A stretch of 64,000 nt of DNA from Thecamonas trahens ATCC 50062 (lineage: Eukaryota; Protista; Apusomonadida): assembly GCF_000142905.1 (NCBI RefSeq), contig NW_013657626.1:215942-279941 (forward strand), in the 5' to 3' direction. How positions within the stretch are numbered: the stretch's first letter is position 1; each line of letters begins with the position of its first letter. Under the pieces are notes generated by a model. The model saw only the letters and a list, made by a program, of their open reading frames with translations, was not told the origin of the DNA and searched no databases. This document shows positions 51,201-61,412 of this stretch, piece by piece. Both the position numbers and the translations under genes were made by a program.

Positions 51201-53075
51201 ATGGCAGACCGCCCGGCTGGACTGTCTCGCCGCCGGGCCGCACGACGGGTGCCAGGCACGCCACCGCCGCCTTCTGCAAGCGAACGAGATGGGGACGGGC
51301 TAGGCGGGCGTGGTGGACGTGGTGGACGTGGTGGGCATGGTGGGCATGGTGGAGGCGGGCGAGGTCGTGGGCGAGGTCGTGGGCGGGGTCGTGGGCGAGG
51401 TCGTGGGCGAGGTCGTGGGCGCGGACGCGGACGCGGACGCGGACGCGGCTCCCGGGCTGGGCGGCTTGGATCGGGCACGGGTGGCGAGATGAAGGTGTCG
51501 GCCCGGCTGATGACTCGGCTGGATGGCGGTCGGTCGGCGTCGACGCCATCGCTGGCGATGGTGGCGGGGAGCGGGGTCGGTGGCGGAGATGTGGCGGGCA
51601 ACGGAGACGGTGGCCTTGCTATGCGGTCGCGGACCTCGTCGCCGGCAAGCCTGCGAGCCGCAACATCGGGATCGGCGTCGGCGTCGGTGCCGGGCTCCTC
51701 CTCGGGCGCAGGGATAGGTGGCGGGCGGCGGCGCAGACGAGCCAGAGCGGTGCGATGGGCGACGACTTCAAGCAACATTGTACGCGACGCGCTCGAGGCA
51801 CAGGACGGATGGGTCCGGGTCGAGCTCCCGCGGGAGACCGGGGCCCTGGGCGGGAGCGGGGCCCTGAGCTCGAGCGACGAGGGGTGGGATGTGCTGTGGG
51901 GCGACTGCAACACGGTGCGGGACGTAATGAGCGGGCGGCGGCTGGCGACGGGCGCACGGATCAACCACTTTCGCAATCACTACGAGCTGACGCGGAAGGA
52001 TCTGATGACCAAGAACCTCAAGGCGAAGCGGCGGATGGCGATGAAGGCCGGCAACGCGGTGGCCGCGGCGTACTACGACATCCTCCCGGCGTCGTATGCA
52101 CTCCCGCAAGACTACGCGCTGTTTCTGGAGGAGTTTCGACGGAGCCGTGGCGCGACGTGGATCATGAAGCCGATTGCGCGCTCGCAGGGCCGCGGCATCT
52201 TTCTGTTTAACAAGCTGTCGCAGGTATCGTCGTGGCGGAAGAACGCACCCGGGGTGGGCGCGATGGCGAGCAGTGGGGGTGGGTCGTCGTCGGGGGTGGC
52301 GACGCCGGCCGCTGCGGCTGCAGCGTCGGCCGGAGGCGACGCGTACGTTGTCCAGCAGTACGTCACCAACCCATACTTGATCGGCGGCAAGAAGTTCGAC
52401 CTGCGGCTGTACGTGGCAGTTCTCTCGTACTCACCGCTGGTGGTGTACGTATACCGATCCGGCTTTGCGCGGTTCTCGTCGGTGCGGTTCAGCGCAGACG
52501 CCAGCGAGTTGTCCAACTCGCTGATGCATCTGACCAACGTGGCGGTGCAGAAGAAGTCCGCGTCTTACGCCGCCGAGTCGGGCGCCAAGTGGCGGCTGGC
52601 GAACCTCAAGCGGTACCTCCTGACGCGGCACTCTGCGTCGACAATCGACGCGGCTTTTGCGCGGATCCAAGAGCTGATTGTGGCCTCGCTCCGTGGAGTC
52701 GAGGAGGTCATTGCGTCGGACAAGGCCGCGTTTGAGCTCTACGGCTACGACGTGCTGCTCGACGACGAGCTGCGGCCGTGGCTCCTCGAAGTCAATGCCT
52801 CGCCGTCGATGTCTGCCGAGAACCAAGAAGACTACAACCTCAAGTTTGGGCTCATTTCGGACACGCTCGCCCTGCTCAACCTCGATGGCCTGCTTCCGAC
52901 CCGGTATCCACTGCAAGTCGGCGGCTTTGATCTCGTGTACTGGAACGGCCCTCCTGCACGGCCTGACCCGCCACTCCTCACCTCGTTCCTTGGCGCGCGC
53001 AACGATCGCGAGACTCAGCTGCCAGAGCTGCTGGGGCCGTCATACGTGGTGCCGATGCCCGAGAGCAAGTTCTAG
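51201..53075 (+). CDS. TTLL9: Tubulin polyglutamylase, TTLL9-like, 624 aa with N-terminal (GR)n tract
   Basis: INHFRNHYELTRKDL, WIMKPIARSQGRGIFLF, YVVQQYVTNPYLIGGKKFDLRLYV, MHLTNVAVQK, FELYGYDVLLD, PWLLEVNASPS, VGGFDL; FRNHY and ARSQG favour TTLL9 over TTLL1. Confidence 0.88.
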   Translation: MADRPAGLSRRRAARRVPGTPPPPSASERDGDGLGGRGGRGGRGGHGGHGGGGRGRGRGRGRGRGRGRGRGRGRGRGRGRGRGSRAGRLGSGTGGEMKVSARLMTRLDGGRSASTPSLAMVAGSGVGGGDVAGNGDGGLAMRSRTSSPASLRAATSGSASASVPGSSSGAGIGGGRRRRRARAVRWATTSSNIVRDALEAQDGWVRVELPRETGALGGSGALSSSDEGWDVLWGDCNTVRDVMSGRRLATGARINHFRNHYELTRKDLMTKNLKAKRRMAMKAGNAVAAAYYDILPASYALPQDYALFLEEFRRSRGATWIMKPIARSQGRGIFLFNKLSQVSSWRKNAPGVGAMASSGGGSSSGVATPAAAAAASAGGDAYVVQQYVTNPYLIGGKKFDLRLYVAVLSYSPLVVYVYRSGFARFSSVRFSADASELSNSLMHLTNVAVQKKSASYAAESGAKWRLANLKRYLLTRHSASTIDAAFARIQELIVASLRGVEEVIASDKAAFELYGYDVLLDDELRPWLLEVNASPSMSAENQEDYNLKFGLISDTLALLNLDGLLPTRYPLQVGGFDLVYWNGPPARPDPPLLTSFLGARNDRETQLPELLGPSYVVPMPESKF

Positions 53076-53435
53076 GATGTGTGTCTGCCGGATATGTCCC
53101 AATACCATGGGTGAGTCTACGCGCGGACGACGCAACCAAGCATGGCAAGCCATCGCCTCTGCTCGTGCCGTCGCCCCGTCATGCCGCTTGCAGATCATTA
53201 CGGCAGTATGCACATGCGGATGCACATGGATACGCGCATGCACATGCCGACCCATCACCATTGCCATGAGATCGACAATAATCAATCATGGCCCCCATCG
53301 CCCCCCCCCCCCCCCCCCCCCCCCTTCCCCCATAGTCCGTAGCGAGCCAGGCCAGTGACCGACCGACTGACCGGTGAGGCCGAGAACAGGAGCCAGAGCG
53401 ACAAGCCGAGAGGACAGCACACCTTTCGCCAAGGG

Positions 53436-56188
53436 ATGGAGCGAGGCAAGATGAGCCATGGCGAATCACGAGTGGAAGGCACAGTGAAGCTCCGGGGCAT
53501 GTTCAAGCAGTGGACGACACGGTATGCTGTGCTTGTAGGCAGCACGCTGTCCATCTTCAAGGACGCTACCAAGGCCGAGTGGGGCAAGGCCGAGGCAGCC
53601 ATAGCGCTTGCCGGCAAGTGCACGGTGACCAAGAGGCAGACCAAGAAGGGAGGCTTCTGCTTCAAAGTCAAAGAACGTTCAGGCAAGAGTATCATGCATG
53701 GTGCTGCTGGGTACAAGGTTGACAATGCCATCTTCCGTGTCCCCACTCTCGCCATGCTCGACGCATGGCTTGTCGCCATCCGGGCTGCCATCAACGGCGA
53801 GTCCTTCCGTACGTCTCCGTCGCTGCCCTGTCGAGTCCCTCCCCTCCCCCCCACCCCCCCCCCTTGCCACCATTACCACCATTACCACCAGGGAGGAGGG
53901 GTTGGGGGGTCATGGTGACTGCCTCAGTCCATGCCTGCACCTGTCGGTGCTGGGCTGGGTGGTGGTGGTCAGGAAGTCGCCAGGTGGAAATTTTCTTCCC
54001 AGTGGAAGCTGTTGTCACATGGCCACATGGGCTGCTGCTCTGATGGGGCGGTGGCGGGGGAAGGAGGGGGGGGGGGGGAGGGGGTTACCTCCGGTGGATG
54101 GTCGGGGCTGTGTATCAACTCGGGTTGTTGTCCACGTCATCAACCACATCACCGTTGCCATCGCCATCGCCATCGCCATCGCCTTCACCACCGCCAGCAC
54201 CGTCGCCAGCAACCAGCTCACACGCATCTGCATCACTCACACTACTACCACCACTGCCACACACAACAGAGTCGCAGATCATCGTGTCGGGCAACACGCT
54301 CGCGTCGCGGGCGGCGGAGGACGGGCACTCGCACTCGGACGACGGCGGAGTGGCCGGGGCCTCAGCCGGTCCCTCGGGCAGCAAGGTCCGGCGGCGGCGG
54401 CAGGTCCGGGTCCGGCGGCGGCGCGGCGAGAAGAAGGCAGACTCGGGTGAGTTGCCTGTGATTGGGACGCGGTACGAGGATGAGGAGGCGGACTCTGAAT
54501 CGATCGACCTCGGCGGCGACGAGATCCAGGGCGAGAACAAGGGCCTGGTCAAGACGCTTCTGAAGCAGGTCCGCCCCGGAATGGACCTGTCCAAGGTAGT
54601 CCTTCCGACGTTTATTCTGGAGCCGCGGTCGTTCCTGGAGAAGATGACCGACTTTTTCGCCCACAATGACCTGCTCGCGGCGGTGACGACGTTTGACACG
54701 CCTGAGGCGCGGATGCTCCAACTGACGCGGTGGTACCTCTCGGGCTTCTACCTCGGGCCCAAGGGTGTGAAGAAGCCGTACAACCCGATTCTCGGCGAGA
54801 CGTTCCGCTGCGCGTGGGACCTTGCGCCGACCGAGGCGCTGCCGTTCCCGTCGCGGACGCACTTTTATGCCGAGCAGGTCTCGCACCACCCGCCGATTTC
54901 GGCCTTTTACGTCGCCAACCGCAAGGCCGGCTTTGTGGTCAACACCGCCATCCGCTTCAAGTCGCGGTTCAACATCACCCACGTCCTTGCCATCATGTAC
55001 GGCCGCGGTGTGATCACTCTCACCAACCGTGACGAGCAGTACGTGCTCAACTACCCCAAGGCCAAGGCCTCGGGCTGGTTCACCACCCTCAAGTCGGAGA
55101 TCACCGACAAGGTCACCATCGCATGCGAGAAGACCGGCTACGTCACCGAGCTCAAGTTCAAGGCCAAGCCCATGGTTGGCGGCACGTACAACGCCATCAC
55201 CGGCCGCATTTACAAGCGCATGCCCTCGGGTGGCGAGGAGGTTTGCTACACCATCTCGGGCAAGTGGAACGAGCGCATCGACTACACCGACGTCCGCACC
55301 GGTGGCACCTATGAGATGTGGGATACCGAGGGCAAGCGCGCAGCTCTCGTTCCCTACAAGCGCCCGGCCTACGACGAGCAGCTGCCGACCGAGTCGGTCA
55401 AGCTCTGGGCAAAGGTCACCCAGGCCATCATCGAGCAGGACCAGGTCGCCGCCACCGAGGAAAAGTACGTGCTTGAGCAGAAGCAGCGCGAGGACAAGAT
55501 CGCCCGCGACGCTGCCGGCGAGGAGTGGCAGCTCATCAACTTTGTGCAGAACGACCCGGACGTCACCCTCCCCGACTTTACCTACAAGCACCTCAACACC
55601 GCCCCGTTCGACTGGGACAACGAGGTCATGGAGGTCGAGGAGAACGGCATCATTCGCTCAGTGACCAAGAACGAGCTCGACCGCCTCACTGGCTCGGGCG
55701 CCCGCTCGGGCTCGGACCGCGGCTCGGACTCGGGCTGGTCGTCGGACCTCGACCGCGGTGCCGGCTCGTCCGACTACACCTACGACTACACCGACGAGTC
55801 GTACACGGCCTCGGACGACGACGGTGAGCTCTACCCGCTGCGCGCCTCCGAGTATGGCACGCTCACAGCCCGCGTCCGCGACACCCGCAAGGCCCACGAG
55901 GCCATCGCCGCCCAGGTGGCCACCCTCCTCGGCGACGTCGCCGACATCCGCGCAGACCTCAAGGCCCGTGACAAGGCCGACCGCAAGGCCCGCCGCGAGC
56001 TCAACTCGATCAAGTCGGCCATCTCCTCGCTCAAGTCCGACACCGAGCCCGATGGCTGGTTCTCGCTCACCTTCCTCTTCAAGCTCTTCCTCGTCTTTTG
56101 GCTCCTCTACATCTCGTGGCACGAGTTCCCGTCGGCCTCGTCGTTTGTCCCGTCGCTGCCCTCGTTCCTCGGCGGCGACAGCTCGTAG
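53436..56188 (+). CDS. OSBPL8: Oxysterol-binding protein-related protein of the ORP5/ORP8 class (PH, ORD, coiled coil, C-terminal TM); join(53436..53808,54270..56188); true 5' end uncertain
   Basis: PH exon (EGTVKLRGMFKQW...IFRVP...W), phase-1 GTACGT...ACAG intron, KQVRPGMDLSKVVLPTFILEPRSFLEK, KKPYNPILGETF, EQVSHHPP signature, TM FLFKLFLVFWLLYISW. Confidence 0.9.
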
Positions 56189-56249
56189 CTTGCATAAAAC
56201 GAGGTTCCTCCCCCTACTTCTCTCACACTTGCGTGTCTTTGCTCCTCTC

Positions 56250-57749
56250 TCATCTGCCCACCACTGGCGTTGCCGGTGCGTTGGCTCCGCGCAGCTGCGA
56301 GGCCTGTCGCAGCACCCGGTGCTTCTTGGGCACCAGCCGCGAGCCTGCTGCAGCCCGCGGCGGCGTGAACGGTGGCACCGCCGAGCCGCCTTGGCCTGCT
56401 GCCGTCTGCGCCGTCAGGATCCGGTGCCGCTTGATAAAAGCAAACGGCATGGCGGCGGCGTTCGGCGAGACAACCGCGCCTGGGGACGCCGGCGTAGCCG
56501 CCTCGCCCGTCGGGAGCGCAACAACCGCCAGTGACGCCAGCGCGTGTGCCCGCCCGCGTCCTGCCGCCCGCGTCACCGGCGACGGTGGCGCAGAGAGCCG
56601 CACCCCATTTGGATTGTCGATCAGCTCCTCGTACTCCTCATACTCATACTCGACGGCCTCGCCGCTCGACTTGCTACCCGAGCCGCGCGCTCCGCCGCTC
56701 AGCGCGCGCGATCGCTTGCTTGCTCCGGCTCGACCTCCTTGGCCCGTCGGCGCCTTGCGCTTTCGCGCTACACGCCCGTTTCCGTCGTCCGGCGTAAAGT
56801 CTGTCTCAAACGCCCGCTTCCGAGCCTCGGCTTCGGCTGCGGAGAGCCCAACCAGAGCCTGCTCGCGGGCCGCCGCCGCTTTTTTTGCTGCTGCCGACTT
56901 GCCCTTGCCCTTGCTCGTCCCGCCAGCCGCCTTGCCCTTGCCCTTGCCCTTGCCCTTGCCCTTGCCCTTGCCCTTGCCTTTGCCCTTGCCCTTGCCCTTG
57001 GTTGCTGTGGCTTCGGGCGCCGTCGCAGGCGTTGCAGACACAGACTCAGCCTCGCCACCGGCAAGACTACCCGTCACCGCATCGGCGCCGGCACCAGAAC
57101 CAGCCGGGGCAGCGGAAACAGGAGCTGCGGCGTCATTGGCGAGACCTGATGCCGGCAGAGACTGTGCCGCCAAAGGCTCCATTGTGCTGGACGCAGACGT
57201 CGCTGTTGCCGACGTCTTACCCTTGCCACCCTTAGCCTTGGGCTTGGCCCTAGCCTTGGGCTTTGGCTTGGCCTTGGGCTTTGGCTTGGGCTTGGCCTTG
57301 GGCTTGGCCTTGGGCTTTGGCTTGGCCTTGGTTTTGACCGCCTTTCCGCTCGCCGTCGCCTTTGTCGCCTTCCCCGTCGCCACCTTGTCCGCCGGCTTCC
57401 CCGCCGGCTTCCCCACCGGCTTGTCGGCCTGCTCGCCCTCCGAGTCGCCTTCCATGGCGGAGGCCACCAGCTCGCCTTTGCCGTCGGCCTTGCCACCGCC
57501 AGCCTCGCCTTCCCCGCCCAGACCCTCCGAGTCGTCTGCGTCTGCGGGAGCCGTCTCCTCTGTTGCGGTGGCTGTGGTGGTGGTGGTGGTGGTGGTGGTG
57601 GCCGTGGTGGTGGTGGCCGTGGTGGTGGCCGCCCCTGCCTCGTCCTTGTCTTTGTCCTTGTCCTCCTCCTCGTACTTGACGCCCTCCATGCGCTCAATCT
57701 GACGGATGTACATCTGGAGCATACGCTCCTCCCGTGTCAGCCGCGGCAT
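56250..57749 (-). CDS. Low-complexity, basic, probably nuclear protein (499 aa) with an N-terminal TREER helix motif
   Basis: Open frame with coding-like codon use; LTREERMLQMYIRQIERME, poly-T, (KPKA)n, (KG)n, RKRK, PKKHR. No globular domain recognised. Confidence 0.6.
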   Translation of the reverse strand: MPRLTREERMLQMYIRQIERMEGVKYEEEDKDKDKDEAGAATTTATTTTATTTTTTTTTATATEETAPADADDSEGLGGEGEAGGGKADGKGELVASAMEGDSEGEQADKPVGKPAGKPADKVATGKATKATASGKAVKTKAKPKPKAKPKAKPKPKPKAKPKPKARAKPKAKGGKGKTSATATSASSTMEPLAAQSLPASGLANDAAAPVSAAPAGSGAGADAVTGSLAGGEAESVSATPATAPEATATKGKGKGKGKGKGKGKGKGKGKGKAAGGTSKGKGKSAAAKKAAAAREQALVGLSAAEAEARKRAFETDFTPDDGNGRVARKRKAPTGQGGRAGASKRSRALSGGARGSGSKSSGEAVEYEYEEYEELIDNPNGVRLSAPPSPVTRAAGRGRAHALASLAVVALPTGEAATPASPGAVVSPNAAAMPFAFIKRHRILTAQTAAGQGGSAVPPFTPPRAAAGSRLVPKKHRVLRQASQLRGANAPATPVVGR

Positions 57750-58063
57750 GTTGCCACTCGTCAAGTGTATGCCTATACCTTGCTCCCTATCTCCTGCCTT
57801 CCTCTGCGGCGAGGCTAGCCTGCAACGAGAGGTGGTGCGGTTGGGCCCAGCCGTGATGGGGAGATGGCCTCAACTCGCCAAAACGGCTTGCAGGCCGACG
57901 AGCCGACCAGCCATTGGCCACTTGCCCGCCGCTACAATGCGAGCGAGGATGGTGGAGACCTTCGAATACGCATTCGAACCCGTGTGAATCTATGTGTGTA
58001 TTCGTGGGTTTGGATCGAGGGGTTGGGTCGAGGGGTTTGGATCGACGGGTTGGATCGACGGGT

Positions 58064-61000
58064 CTACACCTCGATCATCTTGGCATACTCGTAGGCCATG
58101 TTGTTGAGAACCGAAATGCGGTAGTTGGGCGGGAGCGGGGCCGAGAGGGCAAGCTCGACCTGGAGCATGCCCGATCCGTGCATCATGTTGGCCGACGAGA
58201 GCGAGTCGCTCAGCTGCGAGAGCGCGACCGAGTCGTTGACAGCCTGCAGCGTGGCCTTGATCCGTGCCAAGAGGAGCGCGGTCCGCGTTGCCATCTCGGT
58301 GCCACAGACCTGGACGACGAGAGCGGTGGCGGCAAAGGCGGCCCACTCGCTTTGGCTCAGCACCATGGCCAGGTGCGAGAGCTGCCCGTCGAGCTCGACC
58401 AGCTGGGTGTGGAGCTGCCGCTGGCCGCTGGTGGCGTTGGACGCCTTGAGCGCAGAGAGCTCGTCCGGCAGCTGGACAACGATAAACTCGACCTCGGGCA
58501 CAGCGCGAAGATAGGTGAGGAAGACCCAGCCGCGGGCAGCCCAGCCGGAGACCCGGTCAGCTTCGGCCTCGACAGCCTCGAGGAGCTCGAGCACAACGCC
58601 CGAGTCCTCGTCGAGCACCGCCTGCGGCGCGAGCTTGCTGACAATGACCTCGTGCGCCCGCGACGGCTCGCCGGCCTCCAACCAGTGCCGCGCCACGGCC
58701 TCGTAGTCGCCATCGTACAGCGCTGCAACGGCGCTGGCGTGGTGGAGCCACGCCCGCGGGAGGCCGAGCGTCTCCACCAGGAACGACTGCCGCTCCGGCG
58801 TGAGGCTCTCCGGCCGGACGTGCCGCTCGAGGAGCGCAAGGACTGCCGCCCGCCGCCGTTCGCCTTCGGGCAAGTGAAGGAGAACAAAGACTCCCCACTC
58901 CCACAGCCCGACGTTCTCCAGCTGCGCCGCAAACGAGCCGTGGAGCTTGTACGCCTGTGCCGGCCGCAGGTCCGCGTACCCGAGCCCGCGAAGGATCCGG
59001 TACAGCGTCCACGGCATCCGCTCGTCGAGGCCCCACTGCGACGCAGTGGTCGGGAGGAGCACCTTTTCGAGTGCATCGCCGCCTTCGCCGCAGTAGAGAT
59101 GGAGCAGGTGGTACGCCGTGTCCAACCGCGCCGGCTCATCGGCTAGCGCAGCGACCGCCGCCGCCGCCTCGGCCGCAGAGTTCGCCTCGGGTGCCACCGC
59201 TCCAGACTCGAGATAGTGCGCCAGCGGCGGCGCCACGAGGTCGAGCGTCGGGTTCCGCCACTCGCGGGTGTACGCGTCGAGCACAGATGCAATGGTTGCG
59301 TTCGGTGCCGAGCCGAACCAGAGCTGCAGCCCGAGCGCACGCTTCCAGTCGAGGCCGGCGGCAGTAGTCACAGCGTCGCCGGCCAGCAACGCGTAAATGC
59401 GGAACAGCTTGGGCGCCACGTACTTGTCGGCGCCGAGCTCACGCCAGAGCGCCAGCTGTGCCGCCACATCAGCCGTGTTGGTCGGCGATCCGGGCGTCTG
59501 TGCCAGCACCGTCGCTAGCCGAAAGTCGCGCAGCGCGAGCGCATGCTGCGCCGCAGTCGAGAGCTGGCAGCCCGAGAGCGCGGCAAAGAGCTGCTCCAGG
59601 AGAACCTCGGCACCGTCGAGCTCGTTCCCCGCCGCGTTCGCGTGTGCCTCGACCGCCGCGCTCACCGCGCGGGCCAGCCACTCTGAAAGCTGCGTTGTCC
59701 GCTTCACCGAGTCGTGGTACACCTCGAGCGCCTTGGCCTCGGGTGATGGCAGTGAGAGCGCAGACTGTCCGGCAGCAGGCCCGTCGGGAGCGCCGTAGCC
59801 GTCGATCACGCTCGACGCGTGGCCCCAGAGCGCGTCAACGAGCTCGTAGACTTGCTGCATGTGCAGGAGCGAGAGGTCCGCCCCCGCCACCGCAACCGAT
59901 GCCTCCAGCGCAGTCACGTACTCAGGCAGCGCGTCGACGAGCTCGCCAGCCGAGACGATGCCGGCCTCTGGGGCGGCGTTGGGCATGTCATCGGCGCCGA
60001 CCCACGACGTCGCCAGCGCGACCTCGAGAAGCGGGAGGTACTCGCGCGAGACGGCCGCGGCGGCAGACATGGCCGCACCTTCGTCCGAGTCCAGAAAGGC
60101 GCCAATCCACGCCGAGCTGAGGAACTCGCCCACGATGCCGCGGACGCCCGCAAAGAGCGAGACGTTCGCCGACCGCATCACCGCCTCAGAGGTGAGGCCC
60201 TCGGCGCGCGCGTGGCGCTCGATGGCGATCGCGACGTCGGGAAGTGATGCGGTGGCACACTCGACGTACCGCGCGTAGAGTGCGACGCCAAGCGACGACC
60301 GTGTAGCCTCGTCGCCGGAAGCAGCGTACGCGCCCATGGCGACCCACGCCTCGGCGTACTCGGCTTTGTCGTACTGCTCCAGGAAGCTGACCAGGTACGG
60401 CCGCAGCGCGTCCGAGCCGGCAATCTCGTCGAGGGTCCGCGGGCCGAGCGCGTCGCCAGCCGAGCCAGACGCCACCACTCCGGTGTCGCCATTGACCACC
60501 ACCCGCGTGACCTTGGCGTTGAAAAACGACGGCCCGCCATAGACGCCCGCCTTGGCGCCGCCGACGTCAAGCAGCCGCGACGCCGCCGACCCGGCCCCGC
60601 GCTGGGCCACCCGACCCACCACCGGAAAGGCAATCAAGCCGCCAGGGCCCCACGAGACTCGGAACGAGCGTGCCATGGCCAAGCCGGCGTCGAAGGTCGA
60701 GCCCTCGAGCCCGTGCGCAAGCGAGGCCTCGCGCGGCGGCGCCACGTGGTCGCGCGGGACAAAAGAGGCGGCAGAGGCTGCGACCTCGGCAGCAGTCTGC
60801 GCCGACTGCTCAGCAACGCGGACCGCGGCGGCGGTACGCCGCGACGCCGCAGCTCCGTTCCCGGCCGGCTTGAGCGGCGAGCCGTACTGGGTCCACGACG
60901 GCGACGAGACAGCGACCCGCCCGCCGAGCACTCGCGAAGCGTCAGGCGCCGGCGTCGTCGCCGGCGCTGGGGAGCCTCGGCTCGGGGTGCTCACACCGCC

Positions 61001-61380
61001 GGCAGGCCGCGCCCACGGAAAGATCGGTGCCGGCCCGGGCGCGGAGCCGGGCGCAGGCCCCGTCGCGTCCTCCGAGTCGTCACCGCCAAAAAAAGTCGCC
61101 TGCATCAGGTGAGTCTTGGTCGGTGAGTGCTTGAGCGCCGCCGGCAGCGGCTCCATGCCCGACGCGGGCTCGGGGCCCGGGCTCGCCGCCAGCCGGACCA
61201 CCTGCTCGACGACGTCCATGCCAACCGCACCCGAGCCATCGTCCGAGAGCGACGACGCCGAGTCTGACATCGGTGACAGGCCAAAGCGCTTGCCGGTCGA
61301 GACCGCAGAGACTGCAGGCTTGCGGGTCTGGGCCGGGGTGGCCGGGTACTTGTGCGCGGACATAGCGGCGGAGCCCGAGT

Positions 61381-61412
<32 letters not shown>

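Noticed and set aside
53108-53389. Micro-exons upstream of the ORP5/8 PH exon (ATGG|GTGAGT, ATCATTACGGCA|GTATGC)
   Set aside because: I could not find a convincing phase-consistent splice path, so the 5' end is left unresolved.
53912-54043. Possible box C/D snoRNA in the ORP5/8 intron (ATGGTGA...CTGA)
   Set aside because: Imperfect box C, no terminal stem, at best an 8-nt rRNA complement.
57990-58069. Possible terminal intron extending Nup96 (GTGTAG...CACATAG)
   Set aside because: Donor does not fit the GTACGY consensus and the protein already ends plausibly; needs RNA evidence.
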